A DNA stretch of 63,372 nt, the filler included, from Octopus bimaculoides (lineage: Eukaryota), in NCBI RefSeq assembly GCF_001194135.2. It is 3 parts of 3 records of this genome, joined end to end, with 100 filler letters (N's around TTAATTAATTAA, not from the genome) between each part and the next. Parts side by side here need not be neighbours in the genome. Positions count along the whole stretch, not along the records: positions 45,106 to 63,372 come from NC_068991.1; 2 more parts are not named here. One strand, written 5' to 3'. The number at the start of each line of letters is the position of its first letter. The stretch's first letter is position 1. The position numbers and the translations under genes are program-made. This document shows positions 51,053 through 63,372 of the stretch, one piece after another. Under the pieces are notes generated by a model. That model was given only the letters and a program-made list of their open reading frames with translations, was not told the DNA's origin and did no database searches.

Positions 51053-51290
51053 TACTCTTTACTCTTTTACTCTTTTACTTGTTTCAGTCATTTGACTGTG
51101 GCCATGCTGGAACACCGCCTTTAGTCGAGCTAATCGACCCCAGGACTTATTCTTTGTAAGCCTAGTACTTATTCTATCGGTCTCTTTTCGCCGAACCGCT
51201 AAGTTACGGGGACGTAAACACACCAGCATCGGTTGTCAAGCGATGGTGGGGGGACAAACACAGACACGCAAACACACATACATATATATC
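51053..51290 (-). mobile_element. Family-B SINE 3' half, very low divergence, with (AGTAAAAG)n tail
   Basis: Matches the 3' half of 13255-13635; stops at the internal CA/TA microsatellite. Confidence 0.9.
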
Positions 51291-51759
51291 GTCTTGCCTA
51301 CGTTGCTTGTCCTTACTTTTACGTCTCTACCTGCTCGAGTTCAAATCTCTTGAGCATTACGAAATGTATTCTATACAGAGAATACCTGTTTCTAATCTAT
51401 ATATATATATAGCAGAATGATAAAAAGAAAGTTCTTGGTACATTATTTTATATATTTGAAAAAATGTGTAGAGATGGCTTTTTTTTGCGGGTGGGGGGAT
51501 ACTTTTTATTTTAATAATATTGTTTTCAATGAGTTAAATAACAATGTTTACTCACTGTGAACATTATTATTAAAATAAAGATTATTCCCCACCCCCTACC
51601 GCCACCAAGAAGCTATCGCTACTCATTTAAAAAAAAAATACATACAGACACAGACACATACACACATACACACACACACACACACATACACACACACATA
51701 TATATGTATGTATATGTATATGTGTAGGTATGTATTTGTGTGTGTTAGTGTGTGTGTTT

Positions 51760-51988
51760 GTGTAAGTGCGTCTTCGTGTCTGTCCTCTACCGCTTAATAA
51801 CCGGTGTTCGATTGCTTACGTCCCCGTATCGTAACTTTTCACCAATAGTGACGAGATCGATGTAATGCGTAGCAGACTTTAATAAAATATATACGTACTG
51901 GGGGCTGGTGGGGGTATTTGTTCTACTGAGCCCTTCATAACGGTGTTTCAGCATGACCATAGTCGACTGAAACAAGTAAAAGATAAAA
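51760..51988 (+). mobile_element. Family-B SINE 3' half, diverged
   Basis: cttacgtccccgtatcg...cggtgtttcagcatgaccatagtcgactgaaacaagtaaaagata. Confidence 0.7.
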
Positions 51989-52871
51989 TTGCAACAAAAA
52001 GACCCCTAATACTGTATAAAAAAACATGACGCAAACCTAGATGAAAGTGATGTACTTGCTAATGAAGCTTCGTTGGTATGCTTACACAAGGTGTAGACAT
52101 TCTTAATTGGCAGGTGGCTAGTTTACTTAACACAAGGCAAACAGTTAAAATAATTTGTTCGTATTTCGCACTTTAGGAGTGGAATTGGTAAGGGCGAGTA
52201 AAATATTCGTTATATTACAAACGTCAAACCGGTTTGCTTACAATATAGATTTTCCTTACCGAAACGGGTAATAGGCAACGACTGATTATGTTATAAGCCT
52301 TATTTGGTCATTTATAAACTCCACGTCTATGTATACGTATGTATGTGTGCATGTATGTATGTATATGTGTGTGTATGTATGTATGTATGTATGTATGTAT
52401 GTATGTATGTATGTATGTGTGTATATGTATGTATGTATGTATGTGTACTCTTTTTTTTTACTTGTTTCAGTCTTTCGACTGTGGCCATGCTGGAGCACCG
52501 CCTTTATATATATATATATATANNNNNNNNNNNNNNNNNNNNNNNNNNNNNNNNNNNNNNNNNNNNNNNNNNNNNNNNNNNNNNNNNNNNNNNNNNNNNN
52601 NNNNNNNNNNNNNNNNNNNNNNNNNNNNNNNNNNNNNNNNNNNNNNNNNNNNNNNNNNNNNNNNNNNNNNNNNNNNNNNNNNNNNNNNNNNNNNNNNNNN
52701 NNNNNNNNNNNNNNNNNNNNNNNNNNNNNNNNNNNNNNNNNNNNNNNNNNNNNNNNNNNNNNNNNNNNNNNNNNNNNNNNNNNNNNNNNNNNNNNNNNNN
52801 NNNNNNNNNNNNNNNNNNNNNNNNNNNNNNNNNNNNNNNNNNNNNNNNNNNNNNNNNNNNNNNNNNNNNNN

Positions 52872-52921
<50 letters not shown>

Positions 52922-52923
<2 letters not shown>

Positions 52924-53210
52924 AGGCGCGTGGCTTAGTCGTTGGATTGTCGCACGCATGCTTGCAGGATCTGGGTTTCGATTCCCAGATCGGCGGTGTG
53001 TCGTGCTCTCGAGCAAAACACTTCATTTCCCGTTGCTCCAGTCTACATACCCGTAAATGGATAACCCTGCGGCGGACTAGCGTTCCGGTCGGGGGAACGT
53101 TGTCCGGCCCGCCTAGACAGCGGGTTGGCAACATGCGAGAGTTACAACAATGCGAGGAAGCGCATCGTGACCAGCGGTGTAGCACAACATCCAATACTCT
53201 AGACGGTTGA
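52922..53210 (+). mobile_element. tRNA-head CORE-like SINE directly after (GT)n
   Basis: ggaggcgcgtggcttagtcg...gggtttcgattccc...gagcaaaacacttcatttcccgttgctccagtc...ggactagcgttccggtc. Confidence 0.75.
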
Positions 53211-53437
53211 GTGATACATTAATGATTTGTAGGTACGTGGTATTTCGTTACGCAACCGTAATATACGATAAAGTATATTAAATGTTTTTATGAGTCAATA
53301 CCACGTTCTACTGTGTTAGCAGTGAGCTTTTACATTACTTTAAGGTTATCTCTACAGATATTGTATAGAAATCATAGCTAGCACTATTATTTGTTACGAC
53401 GTTTCGTATCCGGGATGCTAAATTTTTTCCCGATCTC

Positions 53438-53454
53438 ATTTGCATACAGCCAAT
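53438..53454 (+). promoter_or_regulatory. Octamer (ATTTGCAT) plus CCAAT box pair
   Basis: ctcATTTGCATacagCCAATcag; no downstream gene identified. Confidence 0.25.
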
Positions 53455-54171
53455 CAGAGCTCAGCTTGACTTTGTTGTACGCAAAAACTACGCAGAGGCA
53501 ACCAAGCGGATAACGAAGGATCAGATCAGATCAGCTCTCAGATTATGTCTAGATGCAAAGCCCAACATTACATTCGTGAATATGTTAAAAAGAACCGATC
53601 TATTGATAAAACACGCTCTACCGAGTAAACTCAGGACGAAGAACGGTGTTGTAAATCAACCGATCGCCAAATTATGCCGGTTTTAGAAGGAGACAATTAG
53701 ATAGATTTGCATCTATACCTATTATCGGATTTTGTTAGAGCCCCATATGGTAAAGATGTGGATGGGAAAAGAGTGGGTAGAGGGTGATGAGCAACCTTTG
53801 CAAGATGNNNNNNNNNNNNNNNNNNNNNNNNNNNNNNNNNNNNNNNNNNNNNNNNNNNNNNNNNNNNNNNNNNNNNNNNNNNNNNNNNNNNNNNNNNNNN
53901 NNNNNNNNNNNNNNNNNNNNNNNNNNNNNNNNNNNNNNNNNNNNNNNNNNNNNNNNNNNNNNNNNNNNNNNNNNNNNNNNNNNNNNNNNNNNNNNNNNNN
54001 NNNNNNNNNNNNNNNNNNNNNNNNNNNNNNNNNNNNNNNNNNNNNNNNNNNNNNNNNNNNNNNNNNNNNNNNNNNNNNNNNNNNNNNNNNNNNNNNNNNN
54101 NNNNNNNNNNNNNNNNTATATATATGATTTAAATGAATGCATTAATATTTTCGTACGTTATGCATTAAATC

Positions 54172-54251
<80 letters not shown>

Positions 54252-54868
54252 GTTAGGGCGGCAATTCATGCATACACGTGCTTACATAGTGATTTAGATT
54301 AACATAGAGAATGCAAGGGAATGTGATAGAAGATGGTGGTGTTGGTAATGGTGGTGATGGTGGTGTTAGTGATGGGGTGATATAGGTGATGGTAATAATT
54401 ATTCTAATGGCGGGGGGAGGGAGATGGGAGGGATAATACTGCTGATAGAGTATGTAAATAAAGAGAGTGAACAGAAGTGGTTCGTGTGTGTGTTCGTGGG
54501 AGCGTGGTCGGTGAGCGGGAAGATCTGGCTGTTGATATTGCCAGAAGGTCACGTCTCGTGTTAGGCTTGTTTCATGTGACCAAGTCTGTTGAAAAGACAT
54601 CACCACCGCCGCCACCACCACCACGACAGCAGCGGCGGCCGATGCTGACAGCAGCAGCACCAACATCAGTAGTGACAGCAGCAACTATTGTAACAAGTAC
54701 AAGAACAACAACAACAACTACAGCAACTACTGCAAAATGTCTGCTTGACTTTGCTATTGGGCTGTAGGTCTGCATGTACTCTTACATCATATCATCCTGA
54801 CCCACAGCATCGCCACAGGGGCAGGCAAACCCGTTATGACGATAACGATGATGATGATGATGATAATA

Positions 54869-54921
<53 letters not shown>

Positions 54922-55316
54922 AGCTGTTTCCACATGGCGTGAAGGCTTCTACATGCATGCAGACACGCGTATACAGATACATATAGAATACACATGAATA
55001 TACATGAGTGTAGATGTATGCATGCATGTATGTTTGGACGTCTATCTATCTATCTATCTATCTATNNNNNNNNNNNNNNNNNNNNNNNNNNNNNNNNNNN
55101 NNNNNNNNNNNNNNNNNNNNNNNNNNNNNNNNNNNNNNNNNNNNNNNNNNNNNNNNNNNNNNNNNNNNNNNNNNNNNNNNNNNNNNNNNNNNNNNNNNNN
55201 NNNNNNNNNNNNNNNNNNNNNNNNNNNNNNNNNNNNNNNNNNNNNNNNNNNNNNNNNNNNNNNNNNNNNNNNNNNNNNNNNNNNNNNNNNNNNNNNNNNN
55301 NNNNNNNNNNNNNNNC

Positions 55317-55352
<36 letters not shown>

Positions 55353-55423
55353 AATCTATCTATCTATCTATCTATCTATCTACCTACCTACCTACCTACC
55401 TACCTACCTACCTACCTACCTAC

Positions 55424-55456
<33 letters not shown>

Positions 55457-55604
55457 AATCTATCTATCTATCTATCTATACACACAGGCACACAGACATA
55501 TATGTATATATATATATGTACGAGCACACGCGCACACACACATACAAACACACACACATACACATACACACACACATACACACATATATGTGCACACAGA
55601 ATTA

Positions 55605-55745
55605 CAGAGACATAATGTGACTCTAGACTTCATGCATAAAACGAAAAAAAAAAAGAAGAAAACTGGATGGTCACGATTGGAATGCTTTTTACGATAGATC
55701 TACGCTATCCGGACTGACCTGGGGCTAAGCAACAACAACAACAAC
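55605..55745 (+). mobile_element. Probable SINE 3' end with (CAA)n tail
   Basis: ggatggtcacgattggaatgc...ctgacctggggctaagcaacaacaacaac; family recognised only from memory. Confidence 0.4.
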
Positions 55746-56216
55746 ATCCACAACAGTGACAGCAAGAATAATAATAACAGCAACAACTGAAACACACACA
55801 CATACACACACACGCACACACATTACACATGCGCAAACACGGATCTGTCTACACGTAATAACCCAGTTTGTTACGAAATTCTGCCACACCTAAGCCTCCC
55901 CACCCTGCTGCTACTGCTGGAATGTTTATTTCACATGAAAGGCAAAAATAAACAGTGTGCTTCTCTCCCCCCCTCTCTCTCTATCTATCTACTTCTATCA
56001 ACGGAAGCGCACCTGCTCGGTGCATACTTCTCATCTCTTTTACTCTTTCTGTCTCTTGTCGTCTAACTCACTAACATAACCTCTTGTTTTTTTTCTACCT
56101 GCCTGCCTGTCAGTCTGTCTTTCTGCCTGTCTACCTGTCTGCCTTGCTGCCTCTCTGTTTATCCATCCATCCATCCATCCATCCATCCATCTCTGTTTTC
56201 ATCTCTGTCTGTCTGT

Positions 56217-56282
<66 letters not shown>

Positions 56283-56302
56283 GTCTATCTATCTATCTAT
56301 CT

Positions 56303-56746
56303 ATGAGCGACTGCGTCACAACTAACGCATTCTATAGTAAATTAGTGGAGGGAAGGTACGATGACGATCTCGGGGCGAACCTGGTCGTCGACGAGGAATA
56401 CCTGACCGTCGACGAGGAATACCTGACCCGCCTGTTTAAGACGACCTTCGGGCCGGGACCTATGGACAACTTCCAGAGATCACTGGCCTGGCAGTGTTAC
56501 CGAGACGCACTACCCGTTCGGCATAAGCTCTACAGGCATGGCTCGAGAAACACGGGGCCGACCTGTCCGAGATGCGGGCAGAGTGACGAAACCGTTCTGC
56601 ACGCACTCGTACAGTGTCCCACCATTTCCGAACTTTGGGCTTACGTCGAACAACTGCTATCGCGTGTGGGACGAGTCAGTCTATCAGCCGAGTCTATCGT
56701 GAATATTGTCGCGCCTCCTTCCTTTAAACGGGAAGGAAGAGCTACA
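56303..56746 (+). mobile_element. L1/Tx1-clade LINE ORF2 C-terminal fragment with zf-RVT (CCHC) domain
   Basis: Open frame ...SLAWQCYRDALPVRHKLYRHGSRNTGPTCPRCGQSDETVLHALVQCPTISELW... has the W..LP...C-x2-C-x8-H-x4-C...W pattern; GC- and CpG-rich relative to its flanks. Confidence 0.85.
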
Positions 56747-56799
56747 TTGTATTTGTCCCCTCTGTGTAAAGCCCTGTGTGGCTAATAAAAGAAATGTAT

Positions 56800-56992
56800 C
56801 TATGTGTGCTTTTGTGTCTATGTATGTCACTCCATTCCTCGCACTGTTTGTTTGTGGTTCAGCAAAGGAGATCGATAGAATTAGTACTAGACTTTAAAAA
56901 TAAGCAGAGGGGTCGATCCTTTCAACTCAAACCCTTCCGGGTAGCGTCTCAGTATGGCCGTTGTCCAATGACGGAAACAAATAAAGGATAAA
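56800..56992 (+). mobile_element. Family-B SINE 3' part, diverged
   Basis: gtggttcagcaaaggagatcgatagaattagtactag...agtatggccgttgtccaatgacggaaacaaataaagg. Confidence 0.65.
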
Positions 56993-57027
56993 CGATTGTG
57001 CAGATAATAATATGTAATGGTTTTAAA

Positions 57028-57715
57028 GAGGCGAGGTGGCAGAGTCGTTAGCGTGTAGGACCTCGCTGCACTTCGTCTGTTTTTACGTTCTGAGCTCTAA
57101 TTCTGTTGAGGTCGATTTTGCCTTTCATCCTTTCTGTGTTGATAAAATAAGTACAAGTTATGCACAGAGGTCGATGAATTCGAGTTACGCCCTCCCCCAA
57201 AATTGCTGGCCTTGTGCAAAAATTCGAAACGAATATTATGTAATGGTTGGAAAAGGTGAAAGATTTATCCCCTCGGGGTGCTTCGAAGGCGTCGAGCTGG
57301 CAGAATCGTTATCACGCCGGGCGAAATGCTCAGCGGTATTTCGTCTGCCGTTACGTTCTGAATTCAAATTCCGCCGGGGTCGACTTTGCCTTTCATCCTC
57401 TCGGAGTCGATAAATTAAGTACCAGTTACGCACTGGGGTCGATGTAATCGACTTAATCCCTTTGTCTGTCCTTGTTTGTCCCTTCTATGTTTAGCCCCTT
57501 GTGGGCAATAAAGAAATAAGAAATGTTAGCACGCCGGGCGAAATGCTTTGCCGTGTTTCTTCAATCTTTACGTCCTGAGTTCAAATTTGCCTTTCATTCT
57601 TTCGGGTCCGTTAACGTAAAGTACGAGTCAGGTACTTGTGTCGATGTTATCGGCTGCTCACCACTCCTCAAAACAGTTAACCTTTTACTTAAGTTAGGAA
57701 ATGAAAATGTGTAAA
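57028..57715 (+). mobile_element. Cluster of three family-A SINEs, including a head-to-tail dimer
   Basis: Copies at about 57028-57239, 57288-57522 (tail aagaaataagaaa) and 57523-57715 (starts tgttagcacgccgggcg). Confidence 0.85.
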
Positions 57716-57744
57716 GACAGTTTTGTACAAAGGCACTATTATAG

Positions 57745-58075
57745 TGAAATATCACTGATTATTATGGAAACATCACTGATTAAATATCAATAATTGACGT
57801 TAAATTAGCATTAGTAGTTTTTGACACGTCCTTCATTTCTATGGAAATATCATTGATTGTTATGTTAATGAAAATATCAGTAATTGCTATAAAATGATTA
57901 TTGGTTGCTTTCGATATATCAATCGCGTCTAGGAAGCTATGAACGACTGTTTTATAAAATCCAGTGATTGATATGGAAATATTAATGGAAGCCATGAAAA
58001 TGTCAAATGATCGGTATATTAATATTGCTGATTGCTGTTAAAGCGTATGTGATTGCCATTGAAATAGTATGGATT
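57745..58075. repeat. Degenerate AT-rich minisatellite related to 59160-61035
   Basis: Recurring aatatcantgatt / ctatggaaatatc units. Confidence 0.55.
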
Positions 58076-58135
58076 TTATTTCGTTTTCGGATTTGGTTTG
58101 CCAGATTATTTATGTGAGTTCGCGTGTTGTAGCAT

Positions 58136-58389
58136 ATTTTGTTGTGTCTGGGGAGAGTCATTCTCTTTAAGTGCCTTATAATTTAACACACTCACCGGTA
58201 AAAACGACAGCAAACAAACAAAAAGAACGCAGCATGAATAACGGACAGAGTCAACAACTATTGAAAATGTTGCAAGACGCAACGTAAATTTTAGAAAAAT
58301 ATATGAATAAATGAGTGGAAATTTTACCGGTGAGTGTGTTAAATAATAAGGCACTAAAAGAGAATGACTCTCCTCAGACACAACAGAAT
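58136..58389. mobile_element. MITE with ~65-bp TIRs
   Basis: gttgtgtctggggagagtcattctctttaagtgccttataatttaacacactcaccggtaaaa (58141-58204) pairs with 58321-58384 with few mismatches. Confidence 0.85.
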
Positions 58390-58500
58390 AGCATGGATTG
58401 CTAAAGAGATAGAAATGATTGGCTCTGAAAACATCAGTGATTGTTACTTAAATATCCAAATTTGTTAAAATTATTTTTTAAAATTTTATTTCATTTAACT

Positions 58501-59158
58501 TTTCTCTTTATTTTCACTCGCCTCAGTCATTGGACTGTGGCCATGTTGGAGCACCATTTTGAAGGATTTACTTGAACAAATTGCCTCGAGTCCTTACTTA
58601 TTTAAAATCTGGTACTTGTTCTATCAGCCTCGTTTGTGAAACCGCTCAGCTACGAGGACATAGAACTGGTTCTCCGTCGGTTACGCGACGAGGGTTCCAG
58701 TTTTCAGAGAGATTCAGCGTGATAGAGAATGTAACAAGGCTGTTCATTTGAACTAACGTGTACAACTCATTTTTGCCAGCTGAGTGGACTGGAGCAACGT
58801 GAAATAAAGTGTCTTGCTCAAGGGCGCAACACGCCGCCCGGAATCGAACTCACGTCCTTACGATCGTGAGCCAAATACCCTGACCACTAACCCACGCGCC
58901 TTCAAGGACGTAAGCAAACCAACACCGGTTGTCGAGCGATGATGGTGTGGACAAACACAAACACACTCAGATACACATATACATGCACGCACACACACAC
59001 ACACACACCCACACTTGATGTGCTTCCACTGTGACCGTCTACCAAATCCACTCACAAGGCATTGGTCTGCCTCAGCTATAGTAGAAGGCACTTGGTCAAG
59101 TTGCTACGCATCGGGATCGAACCCGAAACCACATGGTTGCAAAGCGAGCTTCTTAGCC
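58501..59158 (-). mobile_element. Family-B SINE interrupted by a CORE-like/D-tail SINE (58667-58904)
   Basis: The B 3' part and B 5' part are separated by an insert; approximate direct repeat aggacata (58655-58662) / aggacgta (58905-58912). Confidence 0.8.
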
Positions 59159-59159
59159 T

Positions 59160-61035
59160 CTATGTAAATTATCAATGGTTACAATGTTAATAGCTGGTAG
59201 AAACGTTAGCACGCCGGGCGAAATGCTTAGCAGTATTTCGTCTGTCTTTACGTTGTGAGTTCAAATTCTGCCGAGGTCGACTTTGCCTTTCATCCTTTCG
59301 TGGTCGATAAATTAAGTACCAGTTGCGTGCTTGGGTCGATCAAATCGACTGTGCCCTCTCCCCACAAATTTCGGGCCTTACGCCTAGAGTATAAAATAAT
59401 ATTAATGGTTGCTATTTAAATATCAATGGTTGCTATGTAAATAGTTGCTATGTAAATGATAATAAATGGTCGCTATGTAGAATATCAACGGTTGCTATGT
59501 AAATTTTGATGTTTGCTATGTAAATATTAATGGAATATTTGCTATGAAAATGGTAATGGTTGCTATGTAAATATCAATGGTTACTATGTAAATGATAACG
59601 GTTGCTATGTAAATATCAAAGGCTTGGTGTAAATGTTAATGGTTGCTAATGTGTTAATGTTGTGTAAATTATCAGATTGTTGCATAGATATTAATTGTTG
59701 CTGTTTAAATATCATTGGTTGTAAATGTTAACGAATGGTTGCTATGTAAATATCAATGGTTGCTATGTAAGAGTTAATGGCTGCTATGTAAATACCAATG
59801 GTTGCTATGCAAATATCACTGGCTGTTATATAATTATCAACGGTGTGTTATAAAAGAGCATGGAATTTCTATGTAAATACCAATGGTTAGTATAGAAGCA
59901 TCACTGGTTGCTATGTAAATATCGATGGTTGCTATGTAATCATCATTGATTCCCAAGTAATTATCAATGGTTGCTATGAAACTGTATGAAATTGCTATTT
60001 AAATAGCAATGGTTGTCATGAAAATGTTAACATTAATGTTAACAGTTGCTATGTAAATATTAATGGTTGCTATCTAAATATCAATGGTTGTTGTGAAAAT
60101 GTATATAATTTCTATGTAAATACTAATGGTTGCTGTGTAAATATCAATGATGGTTATGAAAATGTATATCTTTTCTATGCTGATATTAATATAGGCGCCA
60201 AGACAGCGAGCTGGCAGAATCGTTAGCACGTCGGGCGAAATGCTTAGCGGCCTTTTGTCCGTCTTTACGTTCTGAGTTCAAATTCCGCCGAGGTCGACTT
60301 TTCCTTTCATCCTTTCGAGGAGGGGTGGGGGCAATAAAATAAGTACCAGTTGAATACTCTCCTGAAATTGCTGGCCTTGTACCAAAATGTAAAGGGAATG
60401 CTATTTCTTTGTGAATACCAATGGTTGCTATAAAAGTGTATATAATTTCTATATTAGATTCAAATATTAACGGTTTGCTCTGTAAATATCAATGGTTGTC
60501 CAGAAAGAGTATATGATTATTATGTAAAGAGTATATAATTCCTATGCAAATACTAATGGTGGCTATAAAAGAGTATATATTTTCTATATAAACTTCAATG
60601 GTTACAACGAAAACGTGGATGTAATTTCTATACAGATATCAATGATTGCTATGAAAGCATGTATATAGTTTCTATATAAACATTAATGATTAATATGAAA
60701 GCGTATGTATAATTTCTATATAAATATCAATGGTTACTATGAAAATATGTATATAATTTCTATGTAAATAGTAATGATTGGAGTATCAAAGTGCATGCGA
60801 TAGCCACCAAATAGAACTAATCACTTAATTGCTATCAAAGTGTCCACGATTGTTCAGGAAACGTTGATAACTGCCACACATATATTAAATCTCAAAGGGA
60901 AACATATCGGTTGTCATGAAAATATCACTGATGGCTTTGAAAGTATCTGTGATTGTTAAGATGGCATTAATGGTTCTTATGCTATAAAAATATCAATAAT
61001 TGTTATGAAAGTATACGTGATTGTTATAGAAATCA
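59160..61035. repeat. Minisatellite: ~21-bp unit atggttgctatgtaaatatca shifting to a 44-bp dimeric unit; interrupted by family-A SINEs at 59192-59400 and 60194-60390
   Basis: At least 8 exact gttgctatgtaaat copies; distal units such as aatgattaatatgaaagcgtatgtataatttctatataaatatc (44 nt). Confidence 0.85.
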
Positions 61036-61567
61036 TATCACGGATTTCCGAGGAAGCAATATTTCTTACAAAATGTCGTTTCACGAAAATATTTTCTTGT
61101 CGCTTGTATGAGTACACTCAGTGAGAAACTTTGGCTAGTGACATACATACATGCATTTATACATGCATACATACAAGCACACACACATGCATGTATGCAT
61201 GTATGCATGTAGATACGTATATATTCATATATAGAGAATCCATACCATGTAGCACAGGTGTGCATCCACACGCACACATACATACTCATTCATTCACTCA
61301 CTCATTGTACCTGACATCCATATAAATATACAGAGTCAGTAAAATAGGAGTGATCGATTGACTGACGGAATGATTAATCAAAACAATCGAACAGTTAATT
61401 GGTTAAATGGTTAGCTAAGTGACTAATAAGAGTGCTTATTATTGGCATGCTGATCCTCCTGAGATACAACAAAACCTATTTCAACACACGTGTTCACATC
61501 AAGAATCTTGTAGACCAAATTCAAAAACGACATACATACATATATACATACATATATACTTATATAC

Positions 61568-61610
<43 letters not shown>

Positions 61611-63034
61611 NNNNNNNNNNNNNNNNNNNNNNNNNNNNNNNNNNNNNNNNNNNNNNNNNNNNNNNNNNNNNNNNNNNNNNNNNNNNNNNNNNNNNNNNNN
61701 NNNNNNNNNNNNNNNNNNNNNNNNNNNNNNNNNNNNNNNNNNNNNNNNNNNNNNNNNNNNNNNNNNNNNNNNNNNNNNNNNNNNNNNNNNNNNNNNNNNN
61801 NNNNNNNNNNNNNNNNNNNNNNNNNNNNNNNNNNNNNNNNNNNNNNNNNNNNNNNNNNNNNNNNNNNNNNNNNNNNNNNNNNNNNNNNNNNNNNNNNNNN
61901 NNNNNNNNNNNNNNNNNNNNNNNNNNNNNNNNNNNNNNNNNNNNNNNNNNNNNNNNNNNNNNNNNNNNNNNNNNNNNNNNNNNNNNNNNNNNNNNNNNNN
62001 NNNNNNNNNNNNNNNNNNNNNNNNNNNNNNNNNNNNNNNNNNNNNNNNNNNNNNNNNNNNNNNNNNNNNNNNNNNNNNNNNNNNNNNNNNNNNNNNNNNN
62101 NNNNNNNNNNNNNNNNNNNNNNNNNNNNNNNNNNNNNNNNNNNNNNNNNNNNNNNNNNNNNNNNNNNNNNNNNNNNNNNNNNNNNNNNNNNNNNNNNNNN
62201 NNNNNNNNNNNNNNNNNNNNNNNNNNNNNNNNNNNNNNNNNNNNNNNNNNNNNNNNNNNNNNNNNNNNNNNNNNNNNNNNNNNNNNNNNNNNNNNNNNNN
62301 NNNNNNNNNNNNNNNNNNNNNNNNNNNNNNNNNNNNNNNNNNNNNNNNNNNNNNNNNNNNNNNNNNNNNNNNNNNNNNNNNNNNNNNNNNNNNNNNNNNN
62401 NNNNNNNNNNNNNNNNNNNNNNNNNNNNNNNNNNNNNNNNNNNNNNNNNNNNNNNNNNNNNNNNNNNNNNNNNNNNNNNNNNNNNNNNNNNNNNNNNNNN
62501 NNNNNNNNNNNNNNNNNNNNNNNNNNNNNNNNNNNNNNNNNNNNNNNNNNNNNNNNNNNNNNNNNNNNNNNNNNNNNNNTATATAATAGGGTGGTGTTGA
62601 TGATGATGGTTATAGTTTTACACTCGTAGGAATTTACAATGAAGAGAAAAATACTACTCGATATTATGTAAAGTGGAATAGCATTTATTCGAAACTGAGT
62701 CTTCGAATACACTACCTGGAGTTTCTCTTTCCTGTCTTTCTCCCACTCTCGCTCTCTCTTTGCCTATGTATCTGTCTGCTGTCTTTCTGCCTGTCCGTCT
62801 GGCATATACACTAAGTTAGAAGTTCAAATCTATCTCCAGCTTACAAACATCTTAGTCCGATGTTCATCTCGGTTTCCATGTAGTTTAAGTGATAGAGATT
62901 ATCCACTTCACCCCACCGCCTCCGGCCCTGAAGGGGGCATTAGTTCATCTCAGTGTTAATTCCTTCCCACTACTGTCGCAGTTACTTATATAAATATAAT
63001 TTCAAAGGTGTTTGTAAGGCATATTTGCCATATA

Positions 63035-63372
63035 TGTTGTTGGCACTCCGTCGCTTACGACGTCGAGGGTTCCAGTCGATCCGATCAACGGAAATTAACC
63101 TGCAAGTGGCTGAGCACTCCACAGACACGTGTACCCTTAACGTAGTTCTCGGGGATATTCAGCGTGACACAGTGTGACAAGGCTGGCCCTTTGAATTACA
63201 GGTACAACAGAAACAGGAAGAAAGAGTAAGAGAAAATTGTGGTGGAAGAGTACAGCAGGGTTCGCCACCATCCCCTGCCGGAGCCTCGTGGAGCTTTAGG
63301 TGTTTTCGGTCAATAAACACTCACAAGGCCCGGTCTGGGAATCGAAACCGCGATCCTATGACCGCTAGTCCG
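63035..63372 (-). mobile_element. Family-D SINE, running off the window end
   Basis: Near-identical to 32990-33371 apart from a small internal deletion. Confidence 0.9.

Noticed and set aside
53385-53445. Minus-strand hairpin followed by GAAACGTC (hammerhead-like half)
   Set aside because: The CUGAnGA box is absent (CAAAUGA) and stem I does not pair.
54412-54432. G-quadruplex pattern GGGGGGAGGGAGATGGGAGGG
   Set aside because: It lies in low-complexity GA/GT sequence with no functional context.
59160-61035. Regular short repeats as a possible CRISPR-like array
   Set aside because: Units are contiguous and variable with no unique spacers, and the context is eukaryotic.
2877-62712. Many long ORFs in the track ([12 protein letters not shown], poly-M/D/H/R, X runs)
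   Set aside because: They are translations of microsatellites and N gaps, which lack stop codons.

Overview
This is AT-rich eukaryotic (animal) DNA from a gapped draft assembly, made mostly of microsatellites, N gaps and degraded interspersed repeats. From memory, the tRNA-derived SINE families resemble octopus (coleoid cephalopod) repeats; this is inference and no search was run. I found no intact protein-coding gene, and almost all long ORFs in the track are microsatellite or N artefacts. The recognisable coding remnants are transposon fragments: two mariner pieces, three RTE-type LINE 3' ends and one L1/Tx1-type zf-RVT fragment. There are also several MITEs, a Helentron-like hairpin element and about 40 SINE copies in several modular families. 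I label these families A (head GGCGGCGAGCTGGCAGAA), B (head GGCGCAGGCGTGGCTGTGTGG, internal microsatellite), D (head GGAGGCGCAATGGCCCAG) and CORE-like. The best leads are: (1) several minimal type-I hammerhead-ribozyme-like motifs (8097-8131, 17780-17820, weaker at 50878-50965 and 58-96); (2) repeated head-to-tail SINE-A junctions at the same head position; (3) closely spaced inverted SINE pairs that could be ADAR substrates; (4) a canonical RFX X-box plus a minisatellite of near-X-box units that shifts from a ~21-bp monomer to a 44-bp dimer; (5) a weak set of minus-strand exon-like islands. None of these is shown to be a new system.
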